IMG/VR virus record: IMGVR_UViG_3300028888_000135
Coordinates: 1,006 to 65,005 of that record
DNA length: 64,000 nucleotides
Origin: a virus
Lineage: Duplodnaviria; Caudoviricetes
Reading direction: 5' to 3' (one strand)
Part shown: positions 58,725 to 64,000 of the stretch, one piece after another
How positions within the stretch are numbered: the first letter of the stretch is position 1
Layout of the letters: each line of letters starts with the position of its first letter
Notes under the pieces: model-generated
What the model was told of the DNA's origin: nothing
The model's input: the letters and a program-made list of their open reading frames with translations, nothing else
The model's database searches: none
Translations under genes and position numbers: made by a program

Positions 58725-58955
58725 TTATACGTTATCCCATCGAACAATATTCCTACAATCTTCTGTATAGGTAATTTCAAATCCATATTCAATTAACTTA
58801 TCCATATATTGCCATTCACGCGGTTCTAGTTCATAGAAATCATATCCATTATATGCAGCACATTCAATATGATGTTGAAGTTTTTGCCAAGTAGAAATTC
58901 CGTTATGATGGTATTGTTTGGTGATGTAGGCCATTGTATAAGCGTTGAAAGACAT
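58725..58955 (-). CDS. Hypothetical protein
   Basis: GGAG RBS and own promoter. Confidence 0.65.
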   Translation of the reverse strand: MSFNAYTMAYITKQYHHNGISTWQKLQHHIECAAYNGYDFYELEPREWQYMDKLIEYGFEITYTEDCRNIVRWDNV

Positions 58956-58979
58956 AATTATTTACTCCTTTTTTCTTTT

Positions 58980-59009
58980 ATTATACTATGGATTACACGA
59001 ATTGTCAAG
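58980..59009 (-). promoter_or_regulatory. sigmaA-type promoter
   Basis: TTGACA-18bp-TATAAT. Confidence 0.7.
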
Positions 59010-59145
59010 TTTGAATAAAGTTATTTATACAAATTATACAAAGCTGCGAACTTGGAATAAAACGAAAGTAGGTGAGTTTCCAGAATGGTACATCCTAGTA
59101 AACAAAAGAAAGGAAAGAAAATAATTTAATGTAATAAGTAAGGAG

Positions 59146-59400
59146 TAGGATAGGGCGAATGGTAGGGCACGAAAAATTTGGTAGGGAAAATTTCGGTAGG
59201 GTAGTGTAGGATAGGGTAAAGTGGTAGGTAGAATAGATGGGAGTGCGCCTAATTTCTACTCTTGTCAAGTATTTGACTTTTAAAATTAAAAAATAGTGGT
59301 TGCCTTATTTTCAAGCAAATACTACCATTTGAAGGCTTGAAATCGTAAGCATTCCTTATTGTTAAGTATTTAACAAATATGCAAATTTCGGTAGGGTAGG
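59146..59400 (+). repeat. TAGG(G) repeat cluster
   Basis: 8 TAGG in 59146-59228; exact 17-bp repeat AAATTTCGGTAGGGTAG at 59188 and 59383. Confidence 0.75.
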
Positions 59401-59418
59401 AATATAGAAAAAAATTTT

Positions 59419-59459
59419 GTCCGGGGGTGTAGTATAGACCCCCGGACACTTTTTTTTTT
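59419..59459 (+). terminator. GC-rich hairpin + long U-tract (possibly bidirectional)
   Basis: GTCCGGGGGT/ACCCCCGGAC followed by AC and a T run of about 10. Confidence 0.75.
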
Positions 59460-59477
59460 CATATTTTAGCAAATTGA

Positions 59478-60728
59478 TTAAAATTCTACTTTCTCTTTTA
59501 TTATATGTCCATAATAAATTCCAGTACCTTGTTGACTTATATCATAATATGGCTCCAAGTCTCTCTTTAATGAAGTCCATTTACGTGGGTATTGCATAAT
59601 TTGTATTAGTTCTTCTTTATCTTGTTTAGTTAATTTCCGGTTTAAATATTCTTGTGGTACAACCCATTTCTGGTTTGATATTTCAGTGAGTAATTTGTTA
59701 CGTCGCATTTCTCTTTTCTCATTTTCCGCAGCTTGACTATCATAGTTATATTGTATTTGCCAGTCTCCACGCTTTCTTCCCGGGAATTGAATTTGAATAT
59801 CTTTGTTCCCGCTATGTACTATTACAATTTGTACATTATCATCTACTAGGTTCCAACCAGTAGCATAAGCTTCAGTAGCTATAATATCATCTATATTATC
59901 TGGGTAATTATGTTGATATTGAAGATGCTGTATGGTGGCTAATTGAGTAGATGAAAGTTGTTTGCTAGAACGACGTGACCATAGGCACATAACATTACGA
60001 TTAGTTTTTTCTTGGATTTCGCGCGCGAACTGCTCTGCCAACTCTATGGTAGGTGCGAAGATTAAACGTTTGACGTCAGGATTAGAAGCCAATAGAGTAT
60101 GAACATTGGTATATGAGTATTTTTGGAATACTTCATAAGCCATTAACTGTTCTTGGATTTGAATTTCATTGATATAATTTTTAAGCCGTGGCCATTTTTC
60201 TAGATTGTCTGCGGTTGCGGTTAAACCAAACCACCAAATGCCTTGCAGCTCTGCCCAATGGAAAAGCGTATCAATAGCTATATAAGAGAGTGACTCGTGC
60301 GCGAGTAGTAAGCAGATTACTTCTTTATCGCTCTCTGGGTTGCGCTTCCAAATGTTAGCTTCGTCTATTCTTACATATTTGACTAAATTATGAATTTCAT
60401 CGCATGCAACGTAATCAAACATACTGGCTGAGATTTCACCACGTTTAATCATTGCGGCAAATTTTTGGTAATTGAGAATGTAGGGTTTATCCAGTTTTTC
60501 ACCCCACATTTGGCATTCATCAAGTGCTATCTTTTCTTCTTCTCCCATCGTTGTGTCAATAAGAATGAGACAGCGCTGTGGCGGAATATTTAGCTGTTCA
60601 GGAATGGTATGGACGGCGGCAGTTGTTTTGCCTTGCCCAGTTTGTGCTACTATGAGATTAAGACGGCCGCGTTGATAACATGGTCGTTCTTTTGTAAGGG
60701 CATCTGATAGGTGTAAGCCTTCTTTCAT
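59478..60728 (-). CDS. Superfamily-2 (DExH) helicase, possibly origin-binding/initiator
   Basis: GQGKTT (motif I), CDEIH (II), LTAT (III), ATEAYATGWNL (V), QFPGRKR (VI). Confidence 0.85.
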   Translation of the reverse strand: MKEGLHLSDALTKERPCYQRGRLNLIVAQTGQGKTTAAVHTIPEQLNIPPQRCLILIDTTMGEEEKIALDECQMWGEKLDKPYILNYQKFAAMIKRGEISASMFDYVACDEIHNLVKYVRIDEANIWKRNPESDKEVICLLLAHESLSYIAIDTLFHWAELQGIWWFGLTATADNLEKWPRLKNYINEIQIQEQLMAYEVFQKYSYTNVHTLLASNPDVKRLIFAPTIELAEQFAREIQEKTNRNVMCLWSRRSSKQLSSTQLATIQHLQYQHNYPDNIDDIIATEAYATGWNLVDDNVQIVIVHSGNKDIQIQFPGRKRGDWQIQYNYDSQAAENEKREMRRNKLLTEISNQKWVVPQEYLNRKLTKQDKEELIQIMQYPRKWTSLKRDLEPYYDISQQGTGIYYGHIIKEKVEF

Positions 60729-60739
60729 ATTTAGCCTCC

Positions 60740-60853
60740 TTTTATTTTTATTTTATTTTCAAAATAAAAGTATTTAAAAATATTTTAAATTATTTTAAAT
60801 TATTCTTTTAAATAAAATAAAATTTTTTAAAATAAAAAAATAATTATTTATTT
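60740..60853. other. Extremely AT-rich tract
   Basis: Only 3 G/C bases in about 114 bp. Confidence 0.85.
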
Positions 60854-60880
60854 GACAAAATAAATAATTCGTGTTATACT
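60852..60880 (+). promoter_or_regulatory. sigmaA-type promoter with extended -10, pointing into non-coding DNA
   Basis: TTGACA-17bp-TATACT with TG. Confidence 0.8.
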
Positions 60881-60902
60881 AAAATGGGAAATATTTTTTT
60901 CT

Positions 60903-61032
60903 CCAGCTTATTGACAGAAATTTTTTTTCTGCGGGGTGGGTGGTAAATTTTGTCAGCTTTTTACTACTTAACTTCCAGCTTTCTATTATTTGACTTCCAG
61001 CTTTCCAGCTCCTTGAGTTCCAGCTCCCAGCT
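60903..61032. repeat. CCAGCT repeat cluster
   Basis: CCAGCT at 60903, 60975, 60997, 61005, 61020 and 61027. Confidence 0.8.
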
Positions 61033-61081
61033 CTTGACTTACTAAAATTTTTAAGCAGCCTCTTCTCTCCTCTCTGTAAAT

Positions 61082-61110
61082 ATTATAGCATAATTTTATA
61101 ACGAAGTCAA
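61082..61110 (-). promoter_or_regulatory. sigmaA-type promoter facing the 60852 promoter; nearest consensus promoter for the helicase
   Basis: TTGACT-17bp-TATAAT. Confidence 0.8.
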
Positions 61111-61228
61111 ATGGTAGGTTTCGCGCGCTACCACTTTACCGTACTACTATGCTAAAGTGCTACTATGGTAGTGCGGTGATATGCTACTATGGTAGCATAC
61201 TAAAGTGATGAAGTATTGTTGACTTTTT

Positions 61229-61300
61229 GTAAATTAGAATGTACGTACAATCTAGTTTACATAGGTTTAACTTGACTTCCTTTGATTTGTATGTTATACT
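61229..61300 (+). promoter_or_regulatory. 32-bp palindrome (copy 1) + 11 bp + sigmaA promoter
   Basis: GTAAATTAGAATGTACGTACAATCTAGTTTAC; TTGACT(61272)-17-TATACT. Confidence 0.85.
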
Positions 61301-61328
61301 GTATACATCAAATGAAGGGAGAACAACA

Positions 61329-61505
61329 ATGAGAATTGAAAAACGTTTCGTAACTCGGCAGTTTTATATTTATGGCGGCTGGACGTGGAATATTTGGGAT
61401 AAAAAAGAATGTAAGTGGTTAACTGCTTTGGGTTTCGCTGGACGTGAAGATGCTTTGATGCAAGCAGATAAGATGAATAAAAAAGAAAGGGAAAACAGAG
61501 AATGA
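61329..61505 (+). CDS. Small early protein (start MRIEKR)
   Basis: RBS GAAGGGA after promoter; ORF-track frame. Confidence 0.65.
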   Translation: MRIEKRFVTRQFYIYGGWTWNIWDKKECKWLTALGFAGREDALMQADKMNKKERENRE

Positions 61506-61708
61506 TTCAACGCTATCAAGTAGCAGATAAAAATATGCAAGCGCTGTGTTTAGCGGCTTGCACGGCAAAAGGCTTTATTTGGAATATGTTTTTCGGATGG
61601 CGGCGGACATGGCTTGATGGAGATATTGAGGTAATGGAATTTCTCTTGCCGCCGCGTTTGTATAATGATTTACTTTGGGATTACCGTTATTATTTTCCTA
61701 ACTCATAG
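61502..61708 (+). CDS. Small early protein
   Basis: Start overlaps the upstream stop; followed by a hairpin. Confidence 0.6.
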   Translation: MIQRYQVADKNMQALCLAACTAKGFIWNMFFGWRRTWLDGDIEVMEFLLPPRLYNDLLWDYRYYFPNS

Positions 61709-61723
61709 AGTTAGGAATTTATT
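61695..61723 (+). terminator. Intrinsic terminator
   Basis: TTCCTAACTC/GAGTTAGGAA + TTTATTT. Confidence 0.65.
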
Positions 61724-61733
61724 TTAAGACTGC

Positions 61734-61805
61734 GTAAATTAGATAGTACGTACTATATAGTTTACATAGTTTTAACTTGACAGAATACAATTTATAGTAT
61801 ATAAT
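61734..61805 (+). promoter_or_regulatory. 32-bp palindrome (copy 2) + 11 bp + sigmaA promoter
   Basis: GTAAATTAGATAGTACGTACTATATAGTTTAC; TTGACA(61777)-17-TATAAT. Confidence 0.85.
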
Positions 61806-61857
61806 AAATACATCAAGAAGCGAAGGGAAACGCTCAATAACCAGAAAGGGAAAAAGA

Positions 61858-62448
61858 ATGTTTAAGTATGAAATTGAGATTGCCGCCGCGAATGAGAAGT
61901 ATTTGGAATGTTTGAAGGAAAAGAAGTTTAATGATTCTGGCGTAGATTTTTGGTGGGCAAAAGTATCCGCTTTTGGCATGAGCGGCAATGGAAATAATCT
62001 TTCTGTTAATACCGCAATTGCCATTAAAAAGTATTATGTATGGGATGATTTGAAGGGCTATGTTCGTGTAAGAAAAGCAAAGGGAACATTTGGCGTTGAC
62101 CGCAGTGACCGAGACAAGTTTGAACGCAATAATATTATTTATCCTCATGCGCCTGGTCTTTATATGATTTGTCAGACTTTCTTTAATCCTATTACTGATG
62201 AGAAGTTTTATTGGGTTAAGGTTGGAGAAGCGGCTGACTTGAATCGGCGCAGAAAGGACTATAATACTACTACTGCTATGATTTGGGATGTTGGTTTTTA
62301 TCTGGAAAAAGATTTGACTGAATCCGGATGCCATGAGAAGTTGAAGGAGATTTGTCTCCATCGTCATGCGGATGAATGGTTTTCTGTTCCGTATGAAGAT
62401 TATATGAAGATTTGTGACATGGGTTTTGACTGGTTCAAAGAGGCGTAA
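61858..62448 (+). CDS. Protein with C-terminal GIY-YIG/T5orf172-like domain
   Basis: PGLYMI...YWVKVGEA.DLNRRRKDYNT...E...H......EWF. Confidence 0.65.
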   Translation: MFKYEIEIAAANEKYLECLKEKKFNDSGVDFWWAKVSAFGMSGNGNNLSVNTAIAIKKYYVWDDLKGYVRVRKAKGTFGVDRSDRDKFERNNIIYPHAPGLYMICQTFFNPITDEKFYWVKVGEAADLNRRRKDYNTTTAMIWDVGFYLEKDLTESGCHEKLKEICLHRHADEWFSVPYEDYMKICDMGFDWFKEA

Positions 62449-62460
62449 GCCTCTTTTTTT
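62437..62460 (+). terminator. Intrinsic terminator
   Basis: AAAGAGGC-GTAA-GCCTCTTT + T run. Confidence 0.8.
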
Positions 62461-62468
62461 AATTATGT

Positions 62469-62500
62469 GTAAATTAAATTGTACGTGCAGTTTATTTAAT
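62469..62500. repeat. 32-bp palindrome (copy 3), between two convergent terminators, with no promoter
   Basis: GTAAATTAAATTGTACGTGCAGTTTATTTAAT. Confidence 0.75.
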
Positions 62501-62511
62501 ATAAAATTAAA

Positions 62512-62539
62512 ATAAGTTGGAATATTAATTCCAACTTAT
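62512..62539 (-). terminator. Hairpin terminator
   Basis: ATAAGTTGGAAT/ATTCCAACTTAT 12-bp stem. Confidence 0.65.
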
Positions 62540-62968
62540 CTCAAGTACATACCCAGGAAATGTGCCACACCAATATTGACGGTAATCTTTGCTTTTTTTA
62601 GTAACCTTATATCCATGTGCGGTTAAATAATCAATCATTACATCAGGAATAATTTCTTCTGATGAGCCATAGAAAGAGGGGTCACCATTTGCATAAGTTT
62701 CCTTAGCGCGTTTAATTATTCGCGCAACACCATTGTTATCTGTGTTTGTGAACCAAGGCATTTCAGTTGTATTCCTTACTGTATTCAAGCCATTTTTAAT
62801 AGCTTGTTTAATATATTCCGCTACGGTAGATTCACAATACGCAATGGTTTGAATCGCTACTTCGGCAATATATTTTTGCCGCTGTTCTTCCTTGATTTGA
62901 TTTTCTTTGGCGATGCGCTCTTTTGATTCTTCGGTGGCATAAGTCGCTTCAATTGCAGTCATCAGCAT
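62525..62968 (-). CDS. Hypothetical early protein
   Basis: ORF track; own promoter and terminator. Confidence 0.7.
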   Translation of the reverse strand: MLMTAIEATYATEESKERIAKENQIKEEQRQKYIAEVAIQTIAYCESTVAEYIKQAIKNGLNTVRNTTEMPWFTNTDNNGVARIIKRAKETYANGDPSFYGSSEEIIPDVMIDYLTAHGYKVTKKSKDYRQYWCGTFPGYVLEISWN

Positions 62969-63016
62969 ATTGTTTTCCTTTCTGCGTTTACGATGTTCGC
63001 CTCATCTGTTGTATTT

Positions 63017-63088
63017 ATTATAATCTATTATAGTTAAAAAGTCAAGTTAAATATGTGTAAAATAGACTGCACGTACAATCTATTTAAC
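63017..63088 (-). promoter_or_regulatory. 32-bp palindrome (copy 4, 63057-63088) + 11 bp + sigmaA promoter
   Basis: GTAAAATAGACTGCACGTACAATCTATTTAAC; minus-strand TTGACT(63045)-17-TATAAT. Confidence 0.85.
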
Positions 63089-63096
63089 ATTGCCTT

Positions 63097-63123
63097 AAAG
63101 AAAAGAGGACTTTACGTCCTCTT
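63097..63123 (-). terminator. Intrinsic terminator
   Basis: AAGAGGAC/GTCCTCTT + U-rich tail. Confidence 0.7.
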
Positions 63124-63810
63124 AACATCCATCCAACAATTCCGTCTAATTCCTTTTCCGTGCGGCATTGCCTTATGGCTGGAAAAACACCGCCGCATGA
63201 TTTCGGTTTCAATCAGAACGTCGTCAAGTCCTTTGTGTTCTTCTTCATATTCGGGATTGAGAATCAGATAACGATAAACATTTTCCGCGCTGGTGCTGAT
63301 GTTGCGCCCACGGTTGCTAATGAAATTGTTTTCCTCGCAAAAATCTTTGTATGTTTTGCGCTGGCAAATGGTTTGACAAGCCATATTCCAGATACAAACA
63401 AAGTTTGTACCATAGGGGAAGAAATAGCGCACGCGGGATTTTGTTAGCCATCTGATAGTAGTGTTAAGCGCGTTCCGGTCAAAGTGCGCATTGTAGGCGG
63501 CTACGTCTTTAATGTTGTATTTCTCCATCAAATTGAGGATGAAACGTCGCGCAAACATGAAATTAACCATTTCGCGCTTGCCCTCGCGAATGTCGGCGGC
63601 ATATTCGGGAATCTTGTCTGCATAGTAGGCCGTTCGCATTAGTTCGCGTTCGTGAATGTAGATGTCCCGAATCACGAACGAAAACGTTTCATAAATGCGG
63701 CCTTGCTTGTCTACGATTGCGCCGCCGATGTCATAGACAAAAGGCTGTTCCAGTCCGTTTGTGGTTTCAGTGTCAAGAGCTAGATAGTAATGAATCCGAT
63801 TATCAATCAT
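63112..63810 (-). CDS. DEDDh (DnaQ-like) 3'-5' exonuclease
   Basis: LALDTETTN (ExoI), AYNAHFD (ExoII), H.GLDD...E (ExoIII). Confidence 0.88.
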   Translation of the reverse strand: MIDNRIHYYLALDTETTNGLEQPFVYDIGGAIVDKQGRIYETFSFVIRDIYIHERELMRTAYYADKIPEYAADIREGKREMVNFMFARRFILNLMEKYNIKDVAAYNAHFDRNALNTTIRWLTKSRVRYFFPYGTNFVCIWNMACQTICQRKTYKDFCEENNFISNRGRNISTSAENVYRYLILNPEYEEEHKGLDDVLIETEIMRRCFSSHKAMPHGKGIRRNCWMDVKRT

Positions 63811-63843
63811 GTGGGGTGTTCCTCTCTTTCATTTGATGTATAT

Positions 63844-63955
63844 AGTATAGCACAAAAACGCACAGATTGCAAGTTAAGTGTATGTTAATTAGGGTGAACG
63901 TGCAATATAATTTATTAAAAATTAACTTGACTATATAAATAAAATGTGCTATTAT
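63844..63955. promoter_or_regulatory. 32-bp palindrome (copy 5, 63884-63915) centred between two divergent sigmaA promoters
   Basis: GTTAATTAGGGTGAACGTGCAATATAATTTAT; minus TTGCAA-17-TATACT and plus TTGACT(63927)-17-TATTAT, each -35 exactly 11 bp from the palindrome. Confidence 0.85.
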
Positions 63956-63985
63956 ATACATAACAAACGAAAGAGGTAATATTAA

Positions 63986-64000
63986 ATGAAGATTTCTTAT
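63986..64000 (+). CDS. Start of a gene that runs off the right edge
   Basis: GAGGT RBS, ATG at 63986, downstream of a promoter. Confidence 0.6.

Noticed and set aside
58339-59449. Track ORFs 58339..58527 and 59249..59449
   Set aside because: They overlap promoters, hairpins and repeats, and have no RBS or protein-like features.
60873-61058. About 60-codon open stretch on the minus strand across the CCAGCT repeats
   Set aside because: It has no ATG, only a CTG candidate start. It is likely a by-product of the purine-rich repeats; ribosome profiling would decide.
61719-62367. Minus-strand ORFs 61719..62024 and 61834..62367
   Set aside because: They are antisense to the promoter-, RBS- and terminator-supported plus-strand gene and span the palindrome/promoter.
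61229-63915. 32-bp palindromes as dif, lox or LexA sites
   Set aside because: They do not match dif/Xer arms, loxP arms or the Gram-positive SOS box (CGAAC-N4-GTTCG). They appear to be a different motif.
1-64000. Stop-codon reassignment
   Set aside because: Genes tile densely and at full length in the standard code. The apparent gap at 1-1917 is an ORF truncated by the window edge.
1-64000. tRNA/rRNA genes, integrase, transposase, reverse transcriptase, intron
   Set aside because: No T-loop/cloverleaf signature or recognisable catalytic motifs were found by eye. tRNAscan or Infernal would be needed to exclude them formally.

Overview
This is a 64 kb segment of a large, AT-rich tailed phage that probably infects a spore-forming Firmicute (Clostridia-like). 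The evidence is GGAGG-type RBSs, about 15 near-consensus sigmaA promoters, Gram-positive-type lysins, and no bacterial housekeeping, rRNA or tRNA genes. Almost everything from 1 to 61 kb is on the minus strand. Layout: (1) 1-27 kb is a very large tail-fibre/adhesin module with three peptidoglycan hydrolases. (2) 27.2-30.0 kb is an uncharacterised five-gene cassette with a ferritin-like gene, a frameshifted QCCC gene and internal hairpins. (3) 30.1-34.3 kb is an island of small genes with its own promoters (kinase-like, macrodomain, PRPP-synthetase-like). (4) 34.3-43.4 kb encodes virion-type proteins, including a 2354-aa LamG/CotH-kinase-like/LRR protein. (5) 43.5-58.3 kb holds many small genes plus RNA-repair and NAD functions (NTase, deaminase, Thg1, kinase-HD, PnuC + NMNAT-like, RNA ligase). 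(6) 58.4-61.2 kb is a repeat-rich, mostly non-coding region around an SF2 helicase: a GNA-loop hairpin, a 37-bp-period array, TAGG(G) and CCAGCT clusters, an AT-rich tract and face-to-face promoters. (7) 61.2-64 kb is an early-type region in which every transcription unit is bracketed by a 32-bp imperfect palindrome placed exactly 11 bp upstream of a -35 box, which is the most striking unexplained structure. All domain calls come from motif recognition by eye; no database searches were run.
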